From assembly GCA_944391815.1 (NCBI GenBank), contig CALXUV010000028.1, positions 44,240 through 108,239 on the forward strand: 64,000 nucleotides of DNA. The letters run 5' to 3'. Position 1 is the stretch's first letter; each line of letters opens with the position of its first letter. Made by a program: the position numbers and the translations under genes. Under the pieces are notes generated by a model, which saw only the letters and a list, made by a program, of their open reading frames with translations, did no database searches and had not been told where the DNA came from. This DNA comes from an uncultured Clostridia bacterium. GTDB taxonomy: Bacteria; Bacillota; Clostridia; Oscillospirales; CAG-272. Shown one piece after another: positions 42,379 to 53,300 of this stretch.

Positions 42379-43168
42379 TCTGTTTGACAGATTAGACAGC
42401 CTTTCGAGAGGACAAGAGCAAGGAAACGAAAAACTCGATGAAATTTTGTCGGAAATCCGTCAAATGAACAATGCGGATTCAGCTCCGCAGAGTATAAGGC
42501 AACCGACAAAGGCGGAAGTTTACCAGACTATTATGCAGTTTGTTTTCCGGGCGGAAAAAACTGTCCATTTCAACGGAAGCAATTTGTATTTCAAGTCTGA
42601 GAAAAAAGCGACTGTTATTACGGGTCTTATTATGATTCTTGTCGGAATACTGTCTGCTTTTTCCGCTATTTTTAATTTCGGAATGTACAGCACCTGTACT
42701 TTTATAGAAAATATTTGGATCGTTTGTGTTATTTCATTGCTTTTCAAAATCGGCCGTACGCCTTATATTTTTGATCCGATTCTTTATGCGGACAGTATTC
42801 CGATGAAAAAGAATTATGATATGTACGGACTTCCGGAATTTTGCGGTTCGCTCAGGTTCAAATACAGATTTATAAAAATTCTGGCGTCAATAAGCGCCGT
42901 ACTCAATGTAGTTGTCGGTTTTGAGCCGGATTTATCTTTTTTTCCGTTTTTGTTCATGACAGTGTCAGAGCTGATTTTTGTTTGTTTTTCGTTTTATTTT
43001 GCAAAAAAAGCCGCTGCATTTTTCAAAATGTACGACGCAATTTATCTCAGCGGCTTCAATAATAAAGGAACAGAAAGAATAACTTTGGTAAAAGTCAGGG
43101 ATATAGATTCCCTTTACACCTACAATGAATACCAAAAAAGTTTTCTTTGCGAAGAAAATCAGCGATAA
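42368..43168 (+). CDS. 4-TM membrane protein, unknown function
   Basis: translationally coupled to 41557 gene. Confidence 0.55.
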   Translation: MNGNLFDRLDSLSRGQEQGNEKLDEILSEIRQMNNADSAPQSIRQPTKAEVYQTIMQFVFRAEKTVHFNGSNLYFKSEKKATVITGLIMILVGILSAFSAIFNFGMYSTCTFIENIWIVCVISLLFKIGRTPYIFDPILYADSIPMKKNYDMYGLPEFCGSLRFKYRFIKILASISAVLNVVVGFEPDLSFFPFLFMTVSELIFVCFSFYFAKKAAAFFKMYDAIYLSGFNNKGTERITLVKVRDIDSLYTYNEYQKSFLCEENQR

Positions 43169-43540
43169 ATTATTTTATGTAATATCGGCACCGCGGATAA
43201 TGTTTAAGTGCCTGTTTACTTAATTATCTTATGTACACTATGTGAAAAATCTATCAAGTTAAAGCTGGCGTATACCCGTGAATTTATTTTAATGCCGTTT
43301 GTTTATTCAAACGGTATTTTTTTGTTTTGTCAGTCGTGGCATTTTATTTATCAGAGGTATTGTCAATATAAGTTAAATCGAGATTTTTATTGTTGTGTTT
43401 GTTGGATTAATATATACAATTTGCTATTAACAAAGATATATTGGACAGTTTAATTTTTATTACATGTTTGTCTTGTGCTGAATCTCAGTAAAAATAAAAT
43501 GTATTAACTGATAAAAACAATGATCTGTTTTTCTTATTTT

Positions 43541-43577
43541 ACAAAAAAATCCACCCTTTCACTGGGAAAGGATGGAT
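43541..43577 (-). terminator. terminator of XRE gene (hairpin overlapping stop, T-run on minus)
   Basis: tccaccctttc actgg gaaaggatgga with A9 on plus. Confidence 0.5.
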
Positions 43578-43780
43578 AAAACATCTACATCAAAGAAATC
43601 CGCAATTTGTTCAACGGTATCAAGATTTTTGATACCGTTTTTTATCCAGCGCCGTACGGTACGGACATCCGTTCCGAACACGAAAGCAAAGTTTTCCTGC
43701 GTGGCATAAGCGGAGCTCTTGATAAGACGTTTCAGATTTGCCCCGGCAGTTTTGCTTGGGCATTCTTTTTTTTGTTCCAT
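43559..43780 (-). CDS. small XRE-family HTH protein
   Basis: QENFAFVFGTDVRTVRRWIKNG HTH; minus-strand TTGACA-16-TATAAT promoter at about 43850-43880. Confidence 0.7.
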   Translation of the reverse strand: MEQKKECPSKTAGANLKRLIKSSAYATQENFAFVFGTDVRTVRRWIKNGIKNLDTVEQIADFFDVDVLSILSQ

Positions 43781-44309
43781 AACAGCAACCCTCCTTTGCT
43801 TAGCCGAGGCTTTGCTCCGGAAAATTACGCTGTCGGAACTGACTACATTATACCCGATTTACTGAATTTGTCAACCCACCCATCAAAAACAGTAATGAAA
43901 TCATAAACTTATGAAAATGAATCGGTATAATCCTGATTTTAAATATTAATGTTAATGTTTTTCAATAAATTAAACATAGATAGCAGCATTTTAACGCAAT
44001 GATTTGAAATTTTCAGCTGAAATCAGTACGTTAAATGAAAGGCAGTAAGGATTTATCAATTACAAATGCGTATTTTGAATTTAAATATCTGATGTTTATT
44101 GCTAAATAAAAAATCACTCCCTATCAGAAAAGACGACGGCTGACTTGGTTGTACTGATCTTGAAATCGGTGATTATTTTAAAACTTTACTAAGTTCCTTA
44201 GAAAGTTTTGACTGAAACATTTTGTTGCTGTATTTGCTGTAATTCCGACGATTACATTAATAAAAACGTTTGTAATAGGTTTAAAGAAGTGAACAGATAT
44301 AATGCATTT

Positions 44310-44798
44310 TCAAAGTGTTTCCGATACCGCTCGGCAGTAAAATTCCGTCGGACCGGAAGCCGTTTTTTCATAAAATGTTATAGCACGACGGTTTTATTTA
44401 AGAACCCAAAGAGAAACCCCTGAAAATCCCCGTTTTATTATTTCTTTTTTTGCCCAATCAATTGCTTTTTGACCGAACCCTTTTCCGATGTAGTCGGGAT
44501 CAAGGTAAAGATCGCCGATTTCACAGAAGTCAGTATCTTTTTTATCATCTCCCGGACGGTCTATGCCGACAAATCCGATTATCTGATTTTCAAAAACAAT
44601 AACGTATTGATTACATTTGTTGTTATTTAGCAGTGCGCTCCACATTCCGGCTCTTTTTTCATTATGAGAATCAATGATATTTTTCGGGACGATTTTGCTG
44701 TAAGCAAAATTCCATGACTTTATGTGGATTTTTGCACAAGTCAAAGCATCGTCAGGCGTAGCAAGACGGATATAAAAGCTTTCATTAGGATCGTTCAT
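44310..44798 (-). pseudogene. GNAT N-acetyltransferase interrupted by in-frame TAA (44394-44396)
   Basis: ...GFSGVSLWVLK*NRRAITFYEKTASGPTEFY...; conserved GNAT N-RA-FYEK block lies after the stop in the same frame. Confidence 0.55.
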
Positions 44799-47090
44799 TT
44801 GAATTGCTCCTTAAATTAATCTAATTGTGAATCGCAAATTTTATTGCATTTTTATGCTTAAATGCCAAACATGTTGTATTGATTTTTTCCGAGAGATTGT
44901 ATTTAACCTTAAAAACGATGTCGGATAACAAGCACGGATGAAGGTGCTTTTTATGATTGCGATAGCTCGACAAGTGTAGTAGTACCTGACAGTGTAACAA
45001 ATATGCCCTTTCATAACAGGTGCCATTGTCTGCGTTTGTTTCTATGCTTTTAATATATTAACATTTGTAACATATCTCAAGTATCAACACTTTAGTTTAT
45101 GAAACATGCCTACACGCAACCGCTTTCTGTCTGTTTCTTATATTCATTACCACGAAGAAATATATAAAAACATTAAATTTAATCTACATTCGCACAAACG
45201 ATTTTATAAAAACCTTGTGCTGCAGCACAAGAAAAAAATTCTTGAACGGTGTACACTCCCGATGTTTTAAATGTCAACAAGTTATTGTGATGCATTATTG
45301 CGTTCAGTAACTTCTTTTTACTACTTTAAAATATGGCTGTCTGTTTACTATTTTTGGCATATATACTTCACCTGTATAATTCAATTACATCTACACATTT
45401 CATTTTCGGAATATCACCTGATGTTATAGTCTTCTCATTATTGTCCATATAGGTTTGCTTCTTAATATATATCCATTCTTTCATTTCAGCTTATAGTTTG
45501 CGGTATATATTGTCTGCCTTGTTTTAATATTTTTCGGTAAGCCATAATAATATCACTGCTTCTGCAATAGATAAATTCTCATTTACAGACTTGTAAGGTA
45601 TACTGCGAAAGCTGCCAACGTTTCTATAAAAACTGAAAAAAGGTGATACAGAATACTCGTTTGAGTCTACGGTATCGCCTTTTTCGCTTATATAGAACTT
45701 CTGTCAGGTTTGATTATTATTATATTGTGTGAGGACATTTAATGTTGACAGGCTACGGTTTGGACACTTTCATTTATTTTGCGCAAATTCTATTTTCAGA
45801 AAATGAATTTGTGTGCCGGATCTCTTTGCGATTTAGTGGCTGAGCTCTGTTTGCATATCTTTGAACATCTATCGTAAGAACAATAATCTGAATATCGTGT
45901 TTACCGGACTTCTGACGCGGCTTCAATCAATTAATTCATTCATTCATACACACGTTTAATCCCTCTCATTTGCCGGAAAATATTGTAGTTTTGTTCAGAT
46001 AATCGTGGAACAGACTTAATGTCTGCGAATGAACCAAAGACTTTCATTCTGTGTAATATCTCACGATTAAAACTTCAGATGACATTGTTTGTGTGGAGCC
46101 CCGACATCTTTAATATAGCTCGGTATAGACATCGATATTCTGCTGATCCCAGATATTTTAATGAGTTTGCAACTTTAACGGAACAGCTTGAACATGGACT
46201 TGAGCGACGCTGTAAAAATATGCGAATCATCCCGAAACGTGTAAGCGAAAACCTCGGAGACTGAGGGGGCTCTTTGAATGCTATGCCAAAAAATACTGAT
46301 ATCGTATCTCTGTGAATATTTTTGCGGAGTCAATAACACCATTGAGCAAAGGATAAGGGATCGAAAAGCTTACTGAATTCCATGCGCCGAACGGCAAAGG
46401 GAACTGAGCGTGATTATCTAAAGATACAAATCAAAGTGATAAATGCTGATATTTAAAAGTCAGAAAAGAGGAAATTCTGTGCCGGAATATCGCTTTTCGG
46501 AGCGCCGGCATAGAGTAAGCAGTTCCCCTGATTGAAATGTCTGACAGACAAAAAATAAAACCGAAGAAAATTAAGAATAACTCCGCATTATAACAAACAT
46601 TTGCTGAAATCAAGAATATAATTGATAAAAATTGTTGAGTGCAATTAGGAAGAATGAATATTGGCAAGTCGAATTGGAATTACTGTTCAAAAGAAACTCC
46701 TGATTCGGTTCTTTGAATTTTACTGAAAAATTATAGATCTGACATTAAAGATGAATCTTAAAAAAACTAAAAATATTCAGAAAACCTCGATTTGCACTTG
46801 GAAATTCGGGACTTTTGTGGTATAATGTAATTCAGTGAATTATAACATCGAGTAGTAAGATCGTTTAAGCGGAAAAACATGACTGCCATTTATGAAAAAC
46901 TTTTGAAAATCTTTATTGGCAGCGACATGAAGAAAAATTACTACGCGAATCTTGCATATGAATAACTTTACAATCTTCAAAATGAGCAAGGGCATAAATG
47001 TCACAACAGGTTACCTTTGCAAAATCTGCAAAGGACCTAGAGAACGGTCTGAAAATTACTCGTCACTCAATCAGAAAGGAGTTTAAGCTG

Positions 47091-48143
47091 ATGGCACGAG
47101 GATATATCAGAAAGCCATCGTTTGGCAAAATAGTTGGTGCTTACCGTTCGCAATGGAAACGCTTTTGGCTACGACTCTTTACATTTGGAGCTTACGGAAG
47201 CAAGGGCATGGGTTGGTGGCGAAATCCTAAGAAAGCAACTTATAACCGGTGGTACAATCGCACATCAATAAGTTTATACAAAATGTTTGGCTGCAAACCT
47301 TCTTTTGCAGTGTGCTTCATTGCGTGCTTGTTTGCCTCTGTATTCAGCATAGTTGTGGCACCGGTCGATGCAGCCAAAGCCGGAGTGAAAGCACACAAAA
47401 TAAAAAAGGCGCAAAAGGAGCGAGCAGCATTAACAGGAACATCGTCCGTAACATCAGCTTCTGATTCGGAAACAGCAACAGCAAGAACCGGTGACAGCAG
47501 TTCTGAGTATCATTCCGAATCCGATTCAACGCCGCAAACTTCTTCAGCCACTCATACACCACCTAAAAACATTAACAATAAAACGTTATCAGCGGTACGA
47601 TCCTCAAATTCGGTTTCAACAGCCACTAAAATCAAAAAGACCACAGAAAAGAAAATAGTAGCTACTGCTTACACGGCTCCAACGGCTGAACATGGAAAAG
47701 AAGAAACACTTTATTATTCTTACACATACTGCCCATCATTTGAACCCGAACCCAACGCGCCGGAAGCCGCTGAAACAGAACCCCTTAAAGAGCCGGACCA
47801 GAACACGCCGAAATCTACGCCAAAGCACGAAAGTGATCAATACATTTGCAAGAGAATGATAATTGAAGGCTCGTTTAATTGTGATTCTGCTGTTCTCGCA
47901 AAGTTAGAGATCGGCACTTATTTTGACCTTGAAACAGAACCCGACAATCCTAATGATAAGGATGCTGTAAAATTACTGTATAAAGGTGAGAAGATCGGTT
48001 ACATTGCCAAGGCAGACAAGCTGTTGTTTGTGACTTCTCTCAAGTTAAAGAGGAATATTTACGGTGTTATAACCAATGTTATTACAGAAGGTAATTTCAC
48101 AAAATACGAATACGAAACATGGTTTGATAATTCAAAAAAATAA
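47091..48143 (+). CDS. membrane-anchored protein with S/T-rich linker and C-terminal HIRAN domain
   Basis: TM FAVCFIACLFASVFSIVVAPV; C-terminal EPDNPNDKDAVKLLYKGEKIGYIAKADKLLFVTSL matches HIRAN; AAGGAG RBS before ATG 47091 (ORF track from 46998). Confidence 0.6.
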   Translation: MARGYIRKPSFGKIVGAYRSQWKRFWLRLFTFGAYGSKGMGWWRNPKKATYNRWYNRTSISLYKMFGCKPSFAVCFIACLFASVFSIVVAPVDAAKAGVKAHKIKKAQKERAALTGTSSVTSASDSETATARTGDSSSEYHSESDSTPQTSSATHTPPKNINNKTLSAVRSSNSVSTATKIKKTTEKKIVATAYTAPTAEHGKEETLYYSYTYCPSFEPEPNAPEAAETEPLKEPDQNTPKSTPKHESDQYICKRMIIEGSFNCDSAVLAKLEIGTYFDLETEPDNPNDKDAVKLLYKGEKIGYIAKADKLLFVTSLKLKRNIYGVITNVITEGNFTKYEYETWFDNSKK

Positions 48144-48477
48144 TATTATTCACCCAGTATTTCGGAGCAATATGCAAAGAAAAATGGCTGAGTGAAAAGC
48201 TTTTTACAAAGCGAAAGTGTGAACTTATTGCTATATGAAAATTTGAGCATGGATAATGTTATGGAATTCACTTTTTTCACCCCGCATTGAAGTATTTAAT
48301 TGCTCTGCGTAGTTTGAATTTTACGTATTACAGCTTTCTTGAATACAAAATTTCCATCGGCAATATTAAGTCTAACGGAAAAACTACTTGATTTTTTCTC
48401 TGAATGGCGAGTATTTATTCGGCTATTTTGTAGATTGTTTAACTTTCCTGTGTGGTTAGATTAACAATTCAGTTAGT

Positions 48478-48507
48478 AAATGTTATATAAATAAATGTTA
48501 TATAAAT
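48478..48507. repeat. 2 x 15-bp tandem repeat AATGTTATATAAATA
   Basis: read directly. Confidence 0.8.
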
Positions 48508-48623
48508 AAAGAGACCCTCGATACTTTCCGGTAAAAAGCTGTCGCTTTTTCAGGCTGTCTTACTTGACAGCCGATTTTTCTTTTCGTCTAAGTTAAAGAC
48601 TTTGTCGCGTGTAATATAAACGG

Positions 48624-48652
48624 TTGAAAAAGGATGAAATTTATGGTATATT
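48624..48652 (+). promoter_or_regulatory. sigma-70 promoter (TTGAAA-17-TATATT)
   Basis: ttgaaaaaggatgaaatttatggtatatt. Confidence 0.45.
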
Positions 48653-48679
48653 AAAAATATCTTAAATCAGGAGATAAAT

Positions 48680-49732
48680 ATGCTTACCTATACGTACATA
48701 TCAAAAGGAAAATTCGGTTTGGTTGAGAAACCGAAGCCACAGATACATAACGAGAAGGATGCTGTTGTGAAAATGACGCTTGCGAGCATTTGCATGAGTG
48801 ATCTGCACATCAAGCACGGCAGCGTACCGAGAGCTGTACCCGGAATCACTGTCGGTCATGAGATGGTCGGAATTGTCGAGAGTGTGGGGGCGGATGTGAA
48901 AACGGTCAAACCCGGTGACAGAGTTACGGTCAATGTTGAGACGTACTGCGGAGATTGCTTTTTCTGCAAGAAAGGCTTTGTCAACAACTGCACGGATAAG
49001 AATGGCGGATGGGCGCTTGGTTGCCGCATTGACGGCGGGCAGGCCGAATATGTGCGTGTACCGTATGCCGATCAAGGTCTTGATCTTATTCCCGAAAATG
49101 TGTCGGACGAACAAGCGCTGTTGGTGGGCGATGTTCTTGCCACGGGTTACTGGGCGGCGAAGATTTCGGAGATCAGCGAGGACGATACCGTCCTCATCAT
49201 CGGTGCCGGACCGACCGGAATTTGTACACTGTTGTGTGCAAAACTGCATCATCCAAAGCGAATTATCGTTTGTGAGAGCGACGAGTACAGACGACAGTTT
49301 GTTAAGTTGCACTATCCCGATGTGCTTGTGACCTTGCCCGAAAATGTCCATGAGTTTGTGAAAGAGAACAGCGACCACGGCGGTGCTGATGTTGTGCTCG
49401 AGGTGGCAGGTGCTAAGGAAACCTTTCGCATGGCGTGGGAATGCGCAAGACCGAATGCAATAGTCACAATCGTTGCTCTCTACGACGAGCCACAGACCTT
49501 GCCATTGCCCGATATGTACGGCAAAAATCTGATCTTCAAGACCGGCGGTGTTGACGGTTGCAATTGCAGGGATATACTCGACCTCATCGCCAAGGGAAAG
49601 ATCGATACGACTCCGCTGATTACGCACACATTCAGCCTTGCCGATATTGATTCGGCGTATGAGCTGTTTGAGAACAGACGGGATAATGTAATTAAGGTGG
49701 CAGTAAAAAACGATACTAAATCAATATTTTAA
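48680..49732 (+). CDS. zinc-dependent alcohol dehydrogenase (MDR family), GC-rich relative to surroundings
   Basis: GHEMVGIVESVG Zn site, CGDCFFCKKG structural Zn, GAGPTG Rossmann. Confidence 0.9.
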   Translation: MLTYTYISKGKFGLVEKPKPQIHNEKDAVVKMTLASICMSDLHIKHGSVPRAVPGITVGHEMVGIVESVGADVKTVKPGDRVTVNVETYCGDCFFCKKGFVNNCTDKNGGWALGCRIDGGQAEYVRVPYADQGLDLIPENVSDEQALLVGDVLATGYWAAKISEISEDDTVLIIGAGPTGICTLLCAKLHHPKRIIVCESDEYRRQFVKLHYPDVLVTLPENVHEFVKENSDHGGADVVLEVAGAKETFRMAWECARPNAIVTIVALYDEPQTLPLPDMYGKNLIFKTGGVDGCNCRDILDLIAKGKIDTTPLITHTFSLADIDSAYELFENRRDNVIKVAVKNDTKSIF

Positions 49733-50329
49733 GGAAAGAACAAATCAGATGGTGCAATTACAAAAAAGTAAAAATTGAACAAATAACTAAAGTGATATAA
49801 TTTTTGTGGTAACATTTTTTGAATGTTAATTCCGGACAGTAGATGTAAAGCAATTGCGAAAGCGATATTGATACAATTTTTTAAATTGCAGAAAAGTAGT
49901 AAAAAGATTATCACCGGCGATAGAGTAAGGTTAGCATATTGGCGTATAATTGAAAAAACACTGTATTTGGAGAATTTTTGCGTACTTCTGCTGGATTTAA
50001 CAAAAAGCAAAATAATAATCACAATGGGATTTTCAGATATATTTTTACTGAATGCACATGTCTTTCGCAAGTCGATCTTGTTAGTTAAAAAAATATTTGA
50101 TTAATAAAAGCCTACCCAAAAAGTTTTACATTAAAAAACAATGGCTTGTTTGTCTGAATATTATTTTGCACTCAGCTTAAGATTTGTTTGAAAATCGAAC
50201 TTTTTGCGAGCTAATGAAATTGTAATATCAATTCATACTTCGATTTGTTTATATCGCTGATTGAGAGTTAATGATTTTGTTCAAGTTAACAAAAATTGAA
50301 CGATTTTGAGACTGGTTAAGTACAATTTG

Positions 50330-50358
50330 TTGACAAGTTTATATGTGTGTGCTACAAT
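50330..50358 (+). promoter_or_regulatory. near-consensus sigma-70 promoter (TTGACA-17-TACAAT)
   Basis: ttgacaagtttatatgtgtgtgctacaat. Confidence 0.6.
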
Positions 50359-50393
50359 GTGCTTAATAAGTTTTAAAGATTGGAGCGTTCATT

Positions 50394-53300
50394 ATGAAAA
50401 TACGTACTAGACTCTTATCTTTTCTGATGGCTTTCATCATAGTATTAGGAGGTTTATACTTACCGGCAATATCCGCATCCCCTGAAGAGGCGACATTGAC
50501 GATAACACCCGAAAACGGTACTCCTACTTCTTCTAACGGAACGTACAACGAAATGCACGCAAAACTGGCAACTGAACTCAACAAGAATCCGACAGTGAAA
50601 ACTGAGTTCGTGTTAAAGCTAAACTCGTCAGCAAGTTACTCAACCTGGAAACAGCTCAACGGCAATACAAACTGTTACGTTACGGTTGACCTCAATGGTT
50701 TTACTCTGGATGTAACAAATCTGAAAAACAACATTTATACTCTTGCTGCGCCTATAACCTTTACGGTTGACGGTGCCGACGAAGACGGAAATCGCGGTTT
50801 GATAATTAACGACGGAAAATGCGGAGCAATAGTTTTTGCAAAGGGTGGAATAGATCCGGCTATAAATGTTACTGTTCAGAATCTTGAAATGTACTACACA
50901 AAAATGGATCAGGCGTATGAGTTCAGCACGGATAAATATCCTGATCAGCCAATGTGTAATGTCGGAGCCGGTGACCTTACGGTCAGAAATGTAAAAATGA
51001 CATTTACGGGTGAAAACGCAGTTTCCGGTGATCCGATCAACAAACCTATTTCAAAAATGACCACAAGAATGATCCAGTTTTCCGGCGGAGGTTTTCTCAC
51101 TGTCGATAGCTGTGAATTTTACGATACAAACACCAAAGGCATACAAGTCCGCGTTTTTGATATAACGAGCAGCTCTGCACTTATCGAAAATTCAACAGTT
51201 AACGCTTATATGCCGTTCTGGAATAACAAGGGAAGTATACAGGTATATAACTGCGATATCACTTCAAAATTTGCTACGACACAGGGCAACGGTACCTGTA
51301 TTTTCAACACCACTATAACAGCCGATAACGGTAATATCGGCGATCCGTCCGCCTCTCATCACCAGCTTCATTTTATGCCGAGCCCGGAAGGTGATAACAT
51401 AATTTACACTTCAGCTGACAAGCTGAACGGCTGCGTTTTACCTGATGGTTGGCAATTTGTGAAGACAGCAGAAGGAAAATTTGTAATGCAGCCGGATGAC
51501 TCTCTTGAGGCAACTCTTGTAACATCCGTATACAAGGGAAAGGCAAGCTACGCAACCGGTAGTGCTGATTCTTTGTTGAATAACCTGAAAAATATTTCAG
51601 GTGTCACAACTGATACCGTTTATACATTAACTCTTTACAAAAACGCCTCACTATCAACAGCAAAAACGATAACGGGAAATCCATATACTTCGGTAATAAT
51701 TGACCTTAACGGTTTTGACCTTGATGTAAGTAAAATTGCAAATAACATCTTCACCATATACGGTGCTGCATCATCCAGTACGGTTGGGGGAATTAATTTC
51801 ACAATAGATGGCGCAGACCAGACAAATACCCGGCGCAGTAAAGTCACATCAACAGCTATTGCAGGAGGACTTGTATATCCCCGAAATGAAACCCGGAACA
51901 CTGACACTGTTGTTATGGTAAAAAATCTTGAAATGTATTATACAAATCTCTCACAGGGATTTTGCGATACGACATCAATGTATCCGAACCAACCGATGTT
52001 TAATCTCCCTAAAGGTGACGTTACCCTGCAGAACGTAAAGATGACCTATACCGGAGAAGATGCAATCGCTGTTGAGGGTTCCAAAGGCTCGCCAAGCGGT
52101 TATATCAGTGATATGTCCACCCCGTTCATTAACTTCGGTGGAAAAACGCTTACAATAGATGGTTGTGAATTTACCGATATCAACACGAAAAACATACGTA
52201 CAAGAATCCTCGCTGTCAGCGGCAACGCAAAGGTATATGTAAATAACTCTTCTTTGACTGCGTACCTTCCGATAATAGCAAATGAAGGAACAACGGTGTT
52301 TATTTCAAACAGCACGCTTACAGCGAAAAGCAGAGCTTTGGATGGAACAAGTTTTGTATTCGACTCGCAAGCCGACATGTATGTAACTGACAGTGTTATG
52401 GTTGCTCCTGACAGGCTTGCCACTTCAGGCACGACTAATCTCCACTTTGTTTATGGAGAGGGTCTGAACCGTATAGAAAGTACCGGTCTTGAGAACATAG
52501 GGTTCAAAAGCGATTTTTCTCAGGTTGGCTACTATTTTTCCACTTATGCGGACGGCATTTACATGATGTTTGAGGATACGGAAGTCGGCGCAACGCTTGC
52601 AGTTTATGCTGATGGTAAGTTACCTGAGTTCTTTACCGGCTCCTTCAATGAAATGTACGCAAAACTTAATGTCAAACCAGCTGTAAAAACCAAGTACGTT
52701 CTTATTCTGAACCAAGACGTCGTGTATACATTCGCATCAGTGGATACAAACTCCAACGCTACAATTTTTATCGATTTCAATGGACATACGTTCAGCGCAT
52801 CCGGTAGCAACAACATTTTCCAGATTACCGGTAACTATCATCTGACAATCGACGGAAAAGACAGGGACGGAAATATAAGCGAAGTCATTTGCACAGGCAC
52901 TGCCGGTTCTCTTGTTTATCCTAGAGCCAATAACGGTCTGAATGAAAACAGCGTAATAGTCATAAGTAATCTGAAAATGACATACACAAACCTTTCTCAG
53001 GCGTTTTCCAATTCCTCTCCTTACAATAATCAGCAGATCTTCCACATACCTGCCGGTCATATCACTTTCAACAATGTCGATATGACTTATACAGGTGAAG
53101 ATGCTACAACAACAGATGAAGTAAATAAACCTCTTACCAAAATGGTAACAGACCTTGTCCGGATATACGGAAACGCAACTGCTGTATTCAATAACTGTTC
53201 AATAAGAGATGTTAACACAAAATATATTCCGGCAAAATGCCTGGTGGTAAACGGTAACGCCGAAGTTGTTGTTAACGATTGTGATATCAGCGGTGGTTAC

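Noticed and set aside
8397-44396. Possibility that TAA is a reassigned sense codon (alternative genetic code)
   Set aside because: TAA cleanly terminates pheS, ppdK, serA-type genes and others, with proper downstream RBS/start spacing. The two in-frame TAAs are better explained as nonsense mutations or sequencing errors.
46019-46264. 81-aa ORF and neighbouring 61-78-aa ORFs inside the ORF-free AT-rich stretch
   Set aside because: No RBS, no homology, overlapping frames; most likely chance ORFs in decayed DNA.
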